DNA from: Candidatus Zixiibacteriota bacterium
GTDB taxonomy: Bacteria > Zixibacteria > MSB-5A5 > DG-27
NCBI GenBank assembly: GCA_030605835.1
Contig: JAUWHO010000001.1
Span: 29,966-93,965, forward strand
DNA: 64,000 nucleotides
Reading direction: 5' to 3'
Under the pieces are notes generated by a model. The model was not told the origin of the DNA. It saw only the letters and a list, made by a program, of their open reading frames with translations, and searched no databases. Shown here piece after piece: positions 50,105 to 60,899 of this stretch. A program made the position numbers and the translations under genes. The number at the start of each line of letters is the position of its first letter. Positions within the stretch are counted from its first letter, which is position 1.

Positions 50105-50165
50105 GTAGTAAATGGTGAATGGTAAATAGTGAATAGACCCAATCCCTACCTACTACCTACTAACC
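50105..50165 (-). repeat. Gene-less heptamer repeat hairpin element
   Basis: Minus strand: TTA GTAGGTA GTAGGTA GGG - ATTGGGT - CTATTCA CTATTTA CCATTCA CCATTTA CTAC. Confidence 0.88.
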
Positions 50166-50174
50166 GCCGTTGCG

Positions 50175-50555
50175 CTAGAGCTCAAAGGCTTCCGGCAGAA
50201 GCTCGCCAAGCTTGTGTCTGGTTATCTCTCCATCCAGATTGGCGCAGACTATCGAACAGTTGCGGCTGAACTCTGTCAAGACCTGCAGACAGGCGCCACA
50301 GGGTTTGGCCGGAGGAGACTTGTCAGTTACCACGACGAGGCTCGCGAATTCCTTCTCTCCCGAGGAGACCGCGCTAAAGACAGCAGTCCTCTCCGCACAA
50401 ATCGTAAGTCCGTAGGAGGCGTTTTCCACGTTGGCGCCGGTGTAAACCTTGCCGGAGGAGGTAAGAAGCGCCGCCCCTACCTTGAATTCAGAATAGGGAG
50501 CGTAGGCTTTGAGCCGAGCCCTCTTGGCGCTCTCTATCAGTTCCTCTTCGCTCAT
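50175..50555 (-). CDS. cdd: Cytidine deaminase
   Basis: AYAPYS, NVENASY..CAER, PCGAC. Confidence 0.95.
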   Translation of the reverse strand: MSEEELIESAKRARLKAYAPYSEFKVGAALLTSSGKVYTGANVENASYGLTICAERTAVFSAVSSGEKEFASLVVVTDKSPPAKPCGACLQVLTEFSRNCSIVCANLDGEITRHKLGELLPEAFEL

Positions 50556-51730
50556 GTTATCTCCGTTAAAAAGCTCTCTCCGCAACCGAAAGACGAAAAC
50601 CCGAACGCTTCTGAGACGGTGGCACCCAGATCGCCCAAGCTTTCCCTGGTCCCCAGATCAACTCCGGGCCTCAGTTCGGGACCAAATACCAATAAGGGGA
50701 CATATTCCCGGGAATGGTCGGTCGAGGGAGTAGTGGGGTCACAGCCGTGGTCGGCGGTGATTATGAAGATGTCTTTCCCTCCGAGTAGAGACAGAAACTC
50801 CGGCAACCTCCGGTCAAAATCCTCCAGCCCCTTTGCGAAATTCACATAATCGTTGCGATGGCCCCAGAGCATATCGAAGTCCACCAGATTGGCGAAAATC
50901 AGTCCTCTCTTCTGGCTTTTCATTGTCTGATGAATTACCTCCATCCCGTGCTTATTCGAGCTGGTGTGAATGGCGCGGGTGAAGCCTCGCCGACCAAAAA
51001 GGTCATCAACTTTGCCAATGCTGGTGACCTCGACACCTACAGCTTTCAAATAATCTAATAGAGTGTCAGCAGGCGGGGGGAGAGAGAAATCTTTGCGCCT
51101 CTCGGTTCTGGTGAAATTCCCCGGTTTACCGATGAAAGGGCGAGCGATAACTCGAGCCACACCATGCTCTCCGGTCAGGATCTCACGGGCTTTTCGGCAT
51201 ATCCGGTATAGCTTGTCTATCGGAATGACCTCCTCGTGAGCCGCCAGTTGAAACACGCTGTCGGCGGAGGTGTAGAGGATCGGCTTTCTCGTCCTGCAAT
51301 GTTCTTCCCCCAGCTCCTTTATGATTTCTGTCCCGGAGGCGGGTTTATTGCCCAGAACTTCCAGCCCCGTCAGCTCCTTGAATTTCTCGACGATCTCTTC
51401 CGGGAACCCGTTCGGGTAGGTGGGGAAGGGACGGGTTGTTATGAGACCCATGAGCTCCCAGTGGCCGACAGTACTGTCCTTTCCTGAGGATAGAGTGGCC
51501 ATCTTTCCAAAAGAGGCACTGGGCATTGAAGCTGGAGGGACACCCCTGATGGGAACGATATCCCCTAAACCCAACCTCTCCAAATGCGGGAGATTAATAC
51601 CTCCGACAGCTTCGGCGGTGTTGGCAATGCTGTTTGAGCCTTCATCCCCATACCGGGCCGCATCCGGCAAAGCCCCGACACCACAGCTGTCCAATATTAT
51701 GATGATGACCCTTTCGAATTCTCTGGCCAC
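50552..51730 (-). CDS. deoB: Phosphopentomutase
   Basis: [31 protein letters not shown]. Confidence 0.95.
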   Translation of the reverse strand: MAREFERVIIIILDSCGVGALPDAARYGDEGSNSIANTAEAVGGINLPHLERLGLGDIVPIRGVPPASMPSASFGKMATLSSGKDSTVGHWELMGLITTRPFPTYPNGFPEEIVEKFKELTGLEVLGNKPASGTEIIKELGEEHCRTRKPILYTSADSVFQLAAHEEVIPIDKLYRICRKAREILTGEHGVARVIARPFIGKPGNFTRTERRKDFSLPPPADTLLDYLKAVGVEVTSIGKVDDLFGRRGFTRAIHTSSNKHGMEVIHQTMKSQKRGLIFANLVDFDMLWGHRNDYVNFAKGLEDFDRRLPEFLSLLGGKDIFIITADHGCDPTTPSTDHSREYVPLLVFGPELRPGVDLGTRESLGDLGATVSEAFGFSSFGCGESFLTEIT

Positions 51731-51755
51731 AGGAAACTACCCAATCCAGTCCCTC

Positions 51756-51811
51756 AAAATAAAAAAACCGCTTTCTTTAACCTCCCTCCCGGGAGGCGAA
51801 CCTCAAAGCGG
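51756..51811 (-). terminator. Terminator of the ribosomal/alpha operon
   Basis: CCGCTTT...AAAGCGG stem followed by TTTTTTTATTTT on the minus strand. Confidence 0.75.
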
Positions 51812-51830
51812 CTATTGAGGACTCCTTCGA

Positions 51831-52337
51831 CTATTCTTTCTCTTCGCTTCTCTCCTCGTCTGCCCTCTCCTCTGTCTCTGTCTCGGGAGCTTCCTCTTTC
51901 TTCTTGGAAGCTTTCGCCTCCGGAGCCTTCTTCTTTGCGGTCTTTTTGGCTTTGGTTTTCTTCTTTTCCTTTTTCTCTTCGGTGTAAGTCAAAAGCCGCA
52001 CCAACGACACCGAGGCACCATCCCCGAGCCTGTGCCCCAGATGGATGATTCTGCAACTTCCACCGCTATTGCCTTCCAGCTTGGGAACTATCTCATCAAA
52101 GAGCTTTCTGAGGACTACTTTGTTCCTGACGGTGGTCGCCACCAGGCGCCGGGAATGGAGATCGCCTCTTTTCGCCAGAGCGACCAGCCTGTCGGTCCAG
52201 ATTTTGAGGGCTTTGGCCTTAGTGGTGGTGGTCTTGATCTGTCCATGCTCCAACAGTGAGGTCACCAGATTTGCAAGCATGGCCCTACGGTGGGAGCTGG
52301 TCACCCCCAATTTTCTCACTTTTTTGCGATGGCGCAT
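51831..52337 (-). CDS. rplQ: 50S ribosomal protein L17 with charged C-terminal tail
   Basis: MRHRKK..LG..SSHRRAMLANL. Confidence 0.97.
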   Translation of the reverse strand: MRHRKKVRKLGVTSSHRRAMLANLVTSLLEHGQIKTTTTKAKALKIWTDRLVALAKRGDLHSRRLVATTVRNKVVLRKLFDEIVPKLEGNSGGSCRIIHLGHRLGDGASVSLVRLLTYTEEKKEKKKTKAKKTAKKKAPEAKASKKKEEAPETETEERADEERSEEKE

Positions 52338-52338
52338 G

Positions 52339-53331
52339 TCACTCTTGGGTTGAAGGCTCTCTGTACTTGGATATATCCATCCCGAAGTGAAGCCCCATCT
52401 CACCTAAGACCGCATTGAGCTCGTTTAAGGACTTCTTGCCGAAATTGCGGTACTTGAGCATCTCCGCTTCGCTCTTGTGGACCAAATCCTCGATAATCTG
52501 AATGTTGGCTGCCTGCAGGCAGTTGGAGGAACGGACCGAAAGCTCCAGTTCGTCAACCCTCATCTTGAGGAGATTCCTTATTCTGATGGTCTCCTCGTCG
52601 ACTACCTCCTCTTCGGGAATCTCTATCTCCTCCTCCTTGCAGATGAACACCATCAGGTGGTCTTTCAGCAACTTCGCCGCAAAGGCCAGGGCCTCCTCCG
52701 GGCTCATGGTGCCATCGGTCCAGATCTCTAAGAGCAGACGATCATAATCAGTTCTCTGACCCACCCGGGTGTTTTCGACACTGAGATTCACCCTGCTGAC
52801 CGGGGAGTAGGTCGCGTCCAGCGGGATGGTTCCGATCGGCTGGTCCGGCTTTTTGTTCTGCTCTGAGGAGACATAGCCTCGCCCGGTGTCGACCTCCATT
52901 TCGATCTTAACCTCGCTGTTCTCGCTGAGCTTGAGGAGATGCTGCTCCGGGTTAACGATTTCAATTGTCGGATCACAAACGAGATCGCCAGCAGTGTAGT
53001 CTCCTTTCTTTTTGACCTCCAGATAGATGGACCTGGGCCCGTCCTCCTGCATCCTCAGACGGACCTTCTTGAGGTTTAAAACTATCTCAACGACGTCCTC
53101 GTATACCCCCGGGAGGGTAGAAAACTCGTGGAGGGCGCCGTCAATCCTCATGGAGGTGATCGCCGCCCCCGGTATGGAAGACAAGAGCGCTCTCCGCAGG
53201 ACATTTCCCAGAGTAGTCCCAAACCCCCGCTCCAAGGGCTCTATCTTGAACTTGGAGTACATATCGGTGGCGGTGGACTCCTCCAAGACAACCTCTTTAG
53301 GCATCTGAAAATTCTTCAATTTAGCGGTCAC
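52339..53331 (-). CDS. rpoA: RNA polymerase alpha subunit
   Basis: EPLERGFGTTLGN, LELSVRS.NCL. Confidence 0.98.
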   Translation of the reverse strand: MTAKLKNFQMPKEVVLEESTATDMYSKFKIEPLERGFGTTLGNVLRRALLSSIPGAAITSMRIDGALHEFSTLPGVYEDVVEIVLNLKKVRLRMQEDGPRSIYLEVKKKGDYTAGDLVCDPTIEIVNPEQHLLKLSENSEVKIEMEVDTGRGYVSSEQNKKPDQPIGTIPLDATYSPVSRVNLSVENTRVGQRTDYDRLLLEIWTDGTMSPEEALAFAAKLLKDHLMVFICKEEEIEIPEEEVVDEETIRIRNLLKMRVDELELSVRSSNCLQAANIQIIEDLVHKSEAEMLKYRNFGKKSLNELNAVLGEMGLHFGMDISKYREPSTQE

Positions 53332-53357
53332 CAGGACCTCCTCCCGAAAATAACCAC

Positions 53358-53993
53358 CTATTTAGAGTAAAGCTCAACAATAAGCTGTTCTTGAACCAAA
53401 ACCGGGATGTCTTCCCTTTTGGGGCGCTCCAGAAGCTCCCCTTCCAGCTTGGCCTTGTCCAACCTCAACCAGGGGAGCTCCGACCCCCTTCCGGCATCTT
53501 TCAAAGCGTCGTGGATGACGTCTAGGTTACGGCTCTTCTCTCTGACGCTCACAATATCGCCGGGCCTAAGAGCGTAGGAGGGAATATCCGCCTGGCGGCC
53601 GTTGACCTGAAAATGATCGTGGCGCACCAACTGTCGGGCCGATTTCCTGGAGGGGGCAAAGCCCAAACGATAAACGATATTGTCCAGCCGACACTCCAAC
53701 TCTTGCAGGAGGTTCTCGCCGGTTATCCCCTTGCACCTCTCCGCCCTCTCGAAGTAGTTCCTGAATTGTCTCTCCAAGACCCCGTAAATCCTGCGGACTT
53801 TCTGTTTTTCCCGCAATTGCAGACCGTAACCGCTGGTCCTTCTGCGGCGGATGGCGTTGCCGTGTTGCCCGGGAGGGTAACCACGCCGGTCGAAGCCGCA
53901 TTTATCGGCATAACAGCGATTCCCCTTCAGGAAGAGCTTCATCCCCTCACGTCGACACAGCTTACAATTTGCACCACTATACCTGGCCATCAA
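53358..53993 (-). CDS. rpsD: 30S ribosomal protein S4
   Basis: [22 protein letters not shown]. Confidence 0.98.
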   Translation of the reverse strand: MMARYSGANCKLCRREGMKLFLKGNRCYADKCGFDRRGYPPGQHGNAIRRRRTSGYGLQLREKQKVRRIYGVLERQFRNYFERAERCKGITGENLLQELECRLDNIVYRLGFAPSRKSARQLVRHDHFQVNGRQADIPSYALRPGDIVSVREKSRNLDVIHDALKDAGRGSELPWLRLDKAKLEGELLERPKREDIPVLVQEQLIVELYSK

Positions 53994-54069
53994 TCACTCC
54001 CGAAATCATGAACTAGTATCAACAGCATCTCCAGAAGCAACGACCCTAAAAAGAACTTCGAGGCCGCGG

Positions 54070-54462
54070 CTAGACCCTCCTTCTTTTCGGTGGACGGCAA
54101 CCGTTATGGGGAATGGGAGTAACGTCTTTTATGGCGGTTATCACCAATCCCGCAGCCTGCAAGGATCTGATGGCGGCCTCTCGTCCGGATCCCGGACCCT
54201 TGACCCAAACCTCCACTTTCCGCAATCCCATCTCCATCGACTCCCTGGCAGCTGCTTGGGCCGCCCTCTGGGCCGCGAATGGGGTGCTCTTTCTCGAACC
54301 CTTGAACCCCATCTTGCCGGGGGAGCCCCAGGCGATCACGTTGCCGCCCTCGTCGGTCAGGGTGATGATGGTGTTGTTGAAGGTCGCCTTGATGTGGGCG
54401 ATGCCGTGGGGCTCTACCTTGCGACCCTTCTTTTTCGACTTTCTTCTCTTAGCTTCTGCCAA
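54070..54462 (-). CDS. rpsK: 30S ribosomal protein S11
   Basis: [24 protein letters not shown]. Confidence 0.98.
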   Translation of the reverse strand: MAEAKRRKSKKKGRKVEPHGIAHIKATFNNTIITLTDEGGNVIAWGSPGKMGFKGSRKSTPFAAQRAAQAAARESMEMGLRKVEVWVKGPGSGREAAIRSLQAAGLVITAIKDVTPIPHNGCRPPKRRRV

Positions 54463-54519
54463 CTAACCTCCTAAAGAAAAGGGTGCGAACGAAAGACCCC
54501 TGCTCCAATCGCTAGTCAC

Positions 54520-54900
54520 CTATCTACCTCTTTTCCCCTTTTTGTGCCCTATGGTTTTCTTGGGACCCTTGCGGGTTCTGGCGTTGGTTTTGGTCCTCTG
54601 GCCCCTCACCGGGAGCCCCCGGCGGTGCCTCAGACCCCGATAACATCCGATATCGATGAGGCGCTTAACGTCCATCGCCACCTCACCCCGCCGAGCCCCT
54701 TCCACCTTGCAACTGGCCTCGATTTCGCCTCTGAGCTTGGCAACCTCTTCCTCCGACAGCTTGTTGACCCGGGTGTCGGCATTGACTCCGGTGGCCATCA
54801 GAATCCTCTTGGAAGAGGAAAGCCCAATACCGTATATGTATGTGAGCGCCACCTCAATCCTCTTGTCGCGTGGCAGATCGATTCCCGCAATTCTCGCCAT
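54520..54900 (-). CDS. rpsM: 30S ribosomal protein S13
   Basis: [24 protein letters not shown]. Confidence 0.98.
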   Translation of the reverse strand: MARIAGIDLPRDKRIEVALTYIYGIGLSSSKRILMATGVNADTRVNKLSEEEVAKLRGEIEASCKVEGARRGEVAMDVKRLIDIGCYRGLRHRRGLPVRGQRTKTNARTRKGPKKTIGHKKGKRGR

Positions 54901-54923
54901 AGACCCTACCTACTATCTAATAA

Positions 54924-55037
54924 CTAACCTTGCCTCTGTTTGTGCTTGGGGTTGACACAGATTACCCGAACCACCCCTTTCCTTTTGACGATCTTGCACT
55001 TGGCGCATCTTTTCTTCACCGAAGAGCGGACCTTCAC
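54924..55037 (-). CDS. rpmJ: 50S ribosomal protein L36 (absent from ORF track)
   Basis: GTG start; [37 protein letters not shown]. Confidence 0.97.
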   Translation of the reverse strand: MKVRSSVKKRCAKCKIVKRKGVVRVICVNPKHKQRQG

Positions 55038-55072
55038 TTTTGACTCCTGAGAATAAGGTTCTCTCTATACAC

Positions 55073-55294
55073 CTATTTGTACCGATAGACTATCCGACCC
55101 CGAGACAAATCGTAGGGAGAGAGCTCCAGGGTCACCCTATCCCCGGGGAGGATTTTTATGAAGTGCATCCGCATCTTTCCGGAGATGTGAGCCAACACCC
55201 GATGACCGTTGTCCAACTCCACCCGAAACATGGCGTTGGGGAGAGGTTCGAGCACTCTGCCCTCAACCTGAATTGTCTCTTCCTTCTTCGCCAT
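55073..55294 (-). CDS. infA: Translation initiation factor IF-1
   Basis: [21 protein letters not shown]. Confidence 0.98.
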   Translation of the reverse strand: MAKKEETIQVEGRVLEPLPNAMFRVELDNGHRVLAHISGKMRMHFIKILPGDRVTLELSPYDLSRGRIVYRYK

Positions 55295-55323
55295 CCGGCA
55301 AACTCAATCGTTGTCAGCAAATC

Positions 55324-56088
55324 TCATATTTTGCAAGTGAATCGACCACCTGTCAAGATCACGGGACCGTTGGCGGTGACGACGACGGTGTGCTCGAAAT
55401 GAGCGGAGAGGGAACGATCCTTGGTCACCACCGTCCATTGGTCCTTCAAGGTCTCTATCTCGTAACCCCTCTGGTTGACCATCGGCTCAATCGCCAGAAC
55501 CATGCCCTCCTTGAGAAGGGGACCGGCTCCGGGCTTGCCGTAGTTGGGGATTCGGGGATCTTCGTGCATCTTTTTCCCGATGCCGTGTCCGACCAGATCC
55601 CGAACCACTGAAAACCCGTTGGATTCCACGTGACTCTGGATGGCCCAGGAAATATCGGTCAGATGCCCCCCCGGCCGGGCCACCTCGATCCCTCGATACA
55701 GAGCCTCCTCGGCCACCCGGGCCAACTTCTTCGCCTCCGGGGAAACCCCGTCGACCAGAAAAGTGTAAGCGCTGTCACCATAGTAGCCATCGAGGAGAAC
55801 TCCAACGTCGATCGAGACCAGCTGTCCGGCCTCGATTCTGCGCTCGCCCGGAATCCCGTGAACTACCTCCTCGTCAATGGAGATGCAGATGTTGGCGGGA
55901 TAGCCGTGATAGCCTTTGAAGGCCGCCTTGCCGCCGCGCCTTTCAATATACTCGTTCGCCAGATCATCGAGCACCGCAGTGGTGATCCCGGGCTTAAGAT
56001 TCTCCCTCATCACTTCGAAGGCTCCGGCCACAATCATCCCCGCGGAACGGATTTTCTCTATCTCAGCTTTGGTCTTCAGCGAAATCAT
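55324..56088 (-). CDS. map: Methionine aminopeptidase type I
   Basis: VVHGIP, GHGIG..MHEDP, AIEPM, SAHFEHT. Confidence 0.97.
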   Translation of the reverse strand: MISLKTKAEIEKIRSAGMIVAGAFEVMRENLKPGITTAVLDDLANEYIERRGGKAAFKGYHGYPANICISIDEEVVHGIPGERRIEAGQLVSIDVGVLLDGYYGDSAYTFLVDGVSPEAKKLARVAEEALYRGIEVARPGGHLTDISWAIQSHVESNGFSVVRDLVGHGIGKKMHEDPRIPNYGKPGAGPLLKEGMVLAIEPMVNQRGYEIETLKDQWTVVTKDRSLSAHFEHTVVVTANGPVILTGGRFTCKI

Positions 56089-56118
56089 AACTACCCTCGG
56101 AGGCAACCTCTCCCTTCT

Positions 56119-56772
56119 TCAGGAAATGGTGATAACCTCTAAGATCATCTCAAAAACAGAAGAGCTGTCCCCCTCCCCATCAACCTCCTTCAGCTTGTAC
56201 TGCAGTCGATAGAAATCCTCGATCGGCCCCGTCCGGTGACGATAAACCTCTAAACGATTCTTTATCACCTCTTCGCTATCATCGGAGCGTCTCTTAAGCT
56301 CCGCCCCACAATGCTCGCAGAGCCGGTCCTCTTTCGGGGGTTTGAAGGAGAGATTGAAAAGGGCGCCGCATTTGGGACAGAAAAGCCTGCCGGTCAGTCT
56401 CTTGATGAGGGTATCATCTGAGACCTTCAGCTTGATCACCTCGTAGATGTTTATCCCCATCTCTCCCAAGATAGAAGTCAATCCCTCCGCCTGGGGGATG
56501 GTTCGAGGGAAACCGTCGAAGATAAAGCCGGAAGCAGTCTCATCTTCCGACAACTTCTCTCTTATGACTTTCAACATCACCCCGTCGGGGACCAGCTCCC
56601 CCCGATCCATATACCCCTTCGCCTCCTGCCCCAAGACCTTGCCGGAGTCGACCGCAGCTCGCAGGATATCCCCGGTGGAGATGTGAACCAGGTTGAACTT
56701 CTCCGCTAAGAGTCTCGCTTGCGTCCCCTTTCCCGAGCCCGGGGGCCCTAAAATTATCAACTTCGGTTTCAT
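56119..56772 (-). CDS. adk: Adenylate kinase (Zn-type LID)
   Basis: GPPGSGKGTQ, DGFPR, CPKC..CEHC. Confidence 0.97.
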   Translation of the reverse strand: MKPKLIILGPPGSGKGTQARLLAEKFNLVHISTGDILRAAVDSGKVLGQEAKGYMDRGELVPDGVMLKVIREKLSEDETASGFIFDGFPRTIPQAEGLTSILGEMGINIYEVIKLKVSDDTLIKRLTGRLFCPKCGALFNLSFKPPKEDRLCEHCGAELKRRSDDSEEVIKNRLEVYRHRTGPIEDFYRLQYKLKEVDGEGDSSSVFEMILEVITIS

Positions 56773-56802
56773 AGTCACTTTCGACTCCAAGCCCTCTGGC
56801 AG

Positions 56803-58116
56803 CTAAGCCTGTCTTCCTTTCAGCCTCACTTTCTTCATGAAACCCTCGTAATGTCTCTCCAAGAGATGGGCCTCGATTTGCTGCAAGGTGTCCAAGGCTA
56901 CGCCGACGACAATCAAAAGCCCAGTCCCGCCGAAATAGAAAGCGACGTGAAAACTGCTCGCCATCAGGGTGGGCGTTACCGCTATCAGGGCGAAGAAAAT
57001 CGCGCCCGGGAGAGTGATCCGCGTCAAGACCCGATCGATATATTCGGAGGTCTTCTTTCCCGGACGGACTCCGGGAATCTTTCCGTCCTCCCTGGCGATG
57101 CGGTCGGCCATATCAACGGGGTTAACCGCAATGGCAGTATAGAAATAGGCGAAAAAGACGATCATCAATCCGTAAACGATGTTATACAGAAGCGCGTTGG
57201 GCTGAAAATAGCCGGCGAACTCCTGCATCACCTCCGAATTGGGGAAAAAGGTGGTGACGGTGCTGGGGGCAAACATAATCGACTGCGCGAAGATTATCGG
57301 GATGATCCCGGCGGTGTTCACCGAAAGGGGCAGGTGAGTACGGAAAGACCTCCGCATCCTCCGCCCGTAGATTTTCTGTCCATAGTGAACCGGGATCTTT
57401 CTCTGAGACCGGGTAACCAGCACGATGGCGGCCACCACCACAAAGATAACAGCCAATATCAACAGCTCCGAGAGCAGATTTCGATAGCCCGCCAGGAATT
57501 GCTGAGCCTCCCCCAATACCGCCCCCGGCAGTCGGGCGATAACTCCGATGAAGATTATGAGTGATATCCCATTACCTATTCCCCGCTCGGTGATTTGTTC
57601 TCCCAGCCACATGATGAAGATGGTGCCGGAGGTTAAGGTTATCATCGTCAAGAGCTTGAAGCCAGCTCCGGGGTTGGGAACCACCGTGGCCCCGGAGGCG
57701 GTGGTCAGGCTCTCCAGCCACAGGCTGGTGCCGAAGGCCTGCATCACCGAGATCAAGACGGTCCCATAGCGGGTGTACTGGGTGATCTTCCTGCGCCCCT
57801 CTTCCCCCTCCCTCTGCAGTTTCTGGAAATAGGGAAGAACCGCACCCAAAAGCTGGATTATAATGGAGGCGGATATATAGGGCATTATTCCCAGAGCGAA
57901 GATGGTGGCACGACTGAGATTTCCACCGGCGAACATATCGTAGAGACCGAACAGGGAGCCCTTGGCCAGCTCGAAGAACTCCTGCAGCGCCGCGGCATTA
58001 ATCCCCGGAGAGGAGATGTGTCCGCCGAGACGGTAGACGATCAGAATCCCCAAGGTGAAGAGAATCCTCTTTCGTAGCTCCGGAATCTTGAAGATGTTCC
58101 TGAAACTCTGAATCAT
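56803..58116 (-). CDS. secY: Preprotein translocase SecY
   Basis: FALGIMPYISASII, GIGNGISL, IPGVRPG. Confidence 0.98.
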   Translation of the reverse strand: MIQSFRNIFKIPELRKRILFTLGILIVYRLGGHISSPGINAAALQEFFELAKGSLFGLYDMFAGGNLSRATIFALGIMPYISASIIIQLLGAVLPYFQKLQREGEEGRRKITQYTRYGTVLISVMQAFGTSLWLESLTTASGATVVPNPGAGFKLLTMITLTSGTIFIMWLGEQITERGIGNGISLIIFIGVIARLPGAVLGEAQQFLAGYRNLLSELLILAVIFVVVAAIVLVTRSQRKIPVHYGQKIYGRRMRRSFRTHLPLSVNTAGIIPIIFAQSIMFAPSTVTTFFPNSEVMQEFAGYFQPNALLYNIVYGLMIVFFAYFYTAIAVNPVDMADRIAREDGKIPGVRPGKKTSEYIDRVLTRITLPGAIFFALIAVTPTLMASSFHVAFYFGGTGLLIVVGVALDTLQQIEAHLLERHYEGFMKKVRLKGRQA

Positions 58117-58556
58117 CAGATGACCTCTACCCTACCCCCGGCGGCCTCGATCTTCTGCCGGGCGCTCCGGCTGAAGGCGTTGGCGGCGACGGTGGCGGCG
58201 AACTTCATCTCTCCACCGCCGAGGATCTTTATGGGCAAATCGATTTTTCTTACGATTCCCCTCTCTTGTAAGATGTCAGGGTCGATCCTTTCCAACCCGG
58301 TCAGAGCTTCCAACCTATCTAAGTTGACTATCACAAACTCCCTTTTGAAGGGGGATCTGAAACCCCTTTTGGGGAGCCTTCTTGAGAGCGGCATCTGCCC
58401 CCCCTCGAAATAGGCCTTGCTTTTGTACCCGGAGCGGGACTTCTGCCCCTTGTGGCCCCTGGTGGAGGTCTTGCCGTGACCACTTCCAGGTCCGCGCCCC
58501 ACCCGCTTGCGCTTCCTGGTGGAACCCGGAGGTTTTCTGAGTTCTCCCAACTTCAT
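58116..58556 (-). CDS. rplO: 50S ribosomal protein L15
   Basis: [19 protein letters not shown]. Confidence 0.98.
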   Translation of the reverse strand: MKLGELRKPPGSTRKRKRVGRGPGSGHGKTSTRGHKGQKSRSGYKSKAYFEGGQMPLSRRLPKRGFRSPFKREFVIVNLDRLEALTGLERIDPDILQERGIVRKIDLPIKILGGGEMKFAATVAANAFSRSARQKIEAAGGRVEVI

Positions 58557-58561
58557 AGATG

Positions 58562-58744
58562 CTACTCTTCTTCCATCTCCACCAGGTGGCGGACCTTCGA
58601 TATCATTCCCCGAATCTGAGGCGTGTCCTTGTGGGTTACAGTCTGGTGCATCTTCCTCAAACCCAGAGCCTGGAGAGTTCTCTTCTGTTTCTGAATAGAA
58701 TCGTTGGAGCTTCTCACCTGCGTTATCTTCAATCTCTTCGCCAA
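58562..58744 (-). CDS. rpmD: 50S ribosomal protein L30
   Basis: KITQVRS..LGLRK..IRGMI. Confidence 0.96.
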   Translation of the reverse strand: MAKRLKITQVRSSNDSIQKQKRTLQALGLRKMHQTVTHKDTPQIRGMISKVRHLVEMEEE

Positions 58745-58768
58745 CGTACTGCTCCCCAGCTTAAAAGT

Positions 58769-59302
58769 CTATGCCCTCTTTCGAGCTTTCTTCTCTTCGG
58801 GTGCCCTCTCTTTGCCCAGGCCGCTTTTTCTGAAGTTATCGATCTCCCCAATCCTCTTTAGCTCCAAGAGCCCGTTCATGGTGGCTTTGACGACATTGTG
58901 CAGATTGGGAGATCCGAGGGACTTCGTCAATATATCCTGCACCCCCGCGACCTCCAAGACCGCCCTGACCCCACCTCCCGCGATAACCCCGGTCCCGGGG
59001 GCCGCCGGTTTCAGAAGCACCCGGGCAGCGCCAAACTTTCCCACAATCTCATAGGGGATGGTACCACCAACCAGGGGAACTGTAGCCAGAGCTTTCTGGG
59101 CAGCTTCGGTTCCCTTTCTCACCGCAGCCGCGACCTCCTTGGCCTTTCCCAGACCAACTCCGACTCGACCGCGCTTGTCGCCGACAGCCACTAACGCCGT
59201 AAACCCGAAACGCCGCCCCCCCTTGACCACCTTGGCGACCCGGTTTATGTGAATTACCCTCTCCTCGTATTCTAGAACTGCTTCCCCAAGATTCCCAATC
59301 AT
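58769..59302 (-). CDS. rpsE: 30S ribosomal protein S5
   Basis: [21 protein letters not shown]. Confidence 0.98.
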   Translation of the reverse strand: MIGNLGEAVLEYEERVIHINRVAKVVKGGRRFGFTALVAVGDKRGRVGVGLGKAKEVAAAVRKGTEAAQKALATVPLVGGTIPYEIVGKFGAARVLLKPAAPGTGVIAGGGVRAVLEVAGVQDILTKSLGSPNLHNVVKATMNGLLELKRIGEIDNFRKSGLGKERAPEEKKARKRA

Positions 59303-59334
59303 CTTCGCCTCAAACCTTCCAAATGACGAATGCC

Positions 59335-59709
59335 TCAGAACTGCAAACCGCCTTCCCTGGCAGCCTCAGCCAGGGCCTTGACCCTCCCCCCATAAGCATT
59401 ACCGTTACGATCGAAGATCACACTTTCGATTCCTCTCTCCTTGGCCATCCGGGCCAGGTGAGCTCCCACGATTTTGGCAATCTCTAATTTCCTCATACCC
59501 GGCTGGAAGCTCTCCCGGAGTGCCGGACAGAGAGAGGAGACTCCAGTTATGGTCTTCTGGGAGGCATCGTCCGCAAACTGTCCGTATATCTGTCTCAAGC
59601 TCTTGTACACCACCAGCCGCGGTCTTTCGGGAGTCCCGTAAAGTCTCCTCTTTGATCGCTTCTTCCTTCTTTCGGCCCTCAACTTGATCTTTTTCAATCT
59701 GTCAGGCAT
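59335..59709 (-). CDS. rplR: 50S ribosomal protein L18
   Basis: [28 protein letters not shown]. Confidence 0.96.
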   Translation of the reverse strand: MPDRLKKIKLRAERRKKRSKRRLYGTPERPRLVVYKSLRQIYGQFADDASQKTITGVSSLCPALRESFQPGMRKLEIAKIVGAHLARMAKERGIESVIFDRNGNAYGGRVKALAEAAREGGLQF

Positions 59710-59717
59710 CTTTCGGC

Positions 59718-60278
59718 TCAAGCTCCAACGGTCTTTCCAGCTTTGTGACGAACGGCCTCCCCAAGATATCGAATCCCCTTCCCCTTGTACGGCTCCGGCG
59801 GCCTGACGGAGCGGATCTTGGCAGCAACATCTCCCACCAGCTGCTTGTCAATTCCGGAGACGACTATCTCCTGGGTCGGGGGCTTAGTTCCTTTGGGGGA
59901 ACCGACCTCTACCGTTATCCCCTCCGGAAGAGAGAACACCACCTTATGCGAAAGTTGAACCTCCACCGAGAGGACTTTGCCCACCATCTCGGCACGATAA
60001 CCGGTGCCCACTATCTGCAGCCTCTTCTCGAAACCCTCGGTGACTCCGGTGACCATGTTCGCCAAAAGGGTTCTGGTCAAGCCGTGGAGGGATTTATGCC
60101 TCTTTGAGTCTGTGGCTCTCTTTACCAGGATGCGGGAATCATCGATCTCGATGCCCGTCCCCTCTGGCAACTGGTGTCCCAAGCTCCCCCGGGGACCTTC
60201 GACCGTGACCCTGCGGTCGTCCAAAGTGACTTTGGTTCCCTCGGGGATGACTATGGGCACCTTTCCGATTCTAGACAC
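59718..60278 (-). CDS. rplF: 50S ribosomal protein L6
   Basis: MSRIGK, PEPYKGKGIRY. Confidence 0.98.
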   Translation of the reverse strand: MSRIGKVPIVIPEGTKVTLDDRRVTVEGPRGSLGHQLPEGTGIEIDDSRILVKRATDSKRHKSLHGLTRTLLANMVTGVTEGFEKRLQIVGTGYRAEMVGKVLSVEVQLSHKVVFSLPEGITVEVGSPKGTKPPTQEIVVSGIDKQLVGDVAAKIRSVRPPEPYKGKGIRYLGEAVRHKAGKTVGA

Positions 60279-60293
60279 CGCTTATCACCTTCT

Positions 60294-60692
60294 CTACCAG
60301 ACCCGACACAGAAGCTCTCCCCCAATACCCATCCTCCGAGCCTCGGCGTCGGTCATAACCCCGGAGGAGGTGGAGACGATCAACATCCCCAGGTGCCGAG
60401 TCATCTTCCGAATCCGGTCTTTGTCGTAGTAAATGCGCAGACCTGGCTTGGAAAGCCTTTTCAAGCCGGTTATGATGCTCTCCCCGGAGGCGGTATAGCT
60501 CAGACCAAGACGCAGAGTCCCCTGTTTGTTGTCGTCAACAGACTCCAGCTTGGAGATGTAGTTGCCCTCCAGGAGGATCTCGGCGATCCGGCGTTTGATT
60601 TTGGAGGCCGGGATTTCGACCTCTTTGTGTTGGGCCCGGCAAGCGTTTCGCAGCCGAGTCAACATGTCAGCAATGGGGTCCGTCATCGTCAT
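60294..60692 (-). CDS. rpsH: 30S ribosomal protein S8
   Basis: DPIADMLTR.RN, SKPGLR.Y. Confidence 0.98.
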   Translation of the reverse strand: MTMTDPIADMLTRLRNACRAQHKEVEIPASKIKRRIAEILLEGNYISKLESVDDNKQGTLRLGLSYTASGESIITGLKRLSKPGLRIYYDKDRIRKMTRHLGMLIVSTSSGVMTDAEARRMGIGGELLCRVW

Positions 60693-60702
60693 AGCTAAGC
60701 TC

Positions 60703-60888
60703 TCACCAGCTGGCTTTCACCACTCCCGGGACATGTCCGGCCAAGGCCAACTCTCGAAAACAGATGCGACACAATCCGAAACGGCGCATATAGCCTCGGG
60801 GTCGGCCGCAGCGTCGACAACGATTGTGATACCTCACCGGAAATTTGGGTTTCCTCTTCCACTTCTCTATCTTACATTTCTTGGCCAC
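60703..60888 (-). CDS. rpsN: 30S ribosomal protein S14 (short Zn-binding type)
   Basis: [19 protein letters not shown]. Confidence 0.97.
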   Translation of the reverse strand: MAKKCKIEKWKRKPKFPVRYHNRCRRCGRPRGYMRRFGLCRICFRELALAGHVPGVVKASW

Positions 60889-60899
60889 GAAATCCCCTT

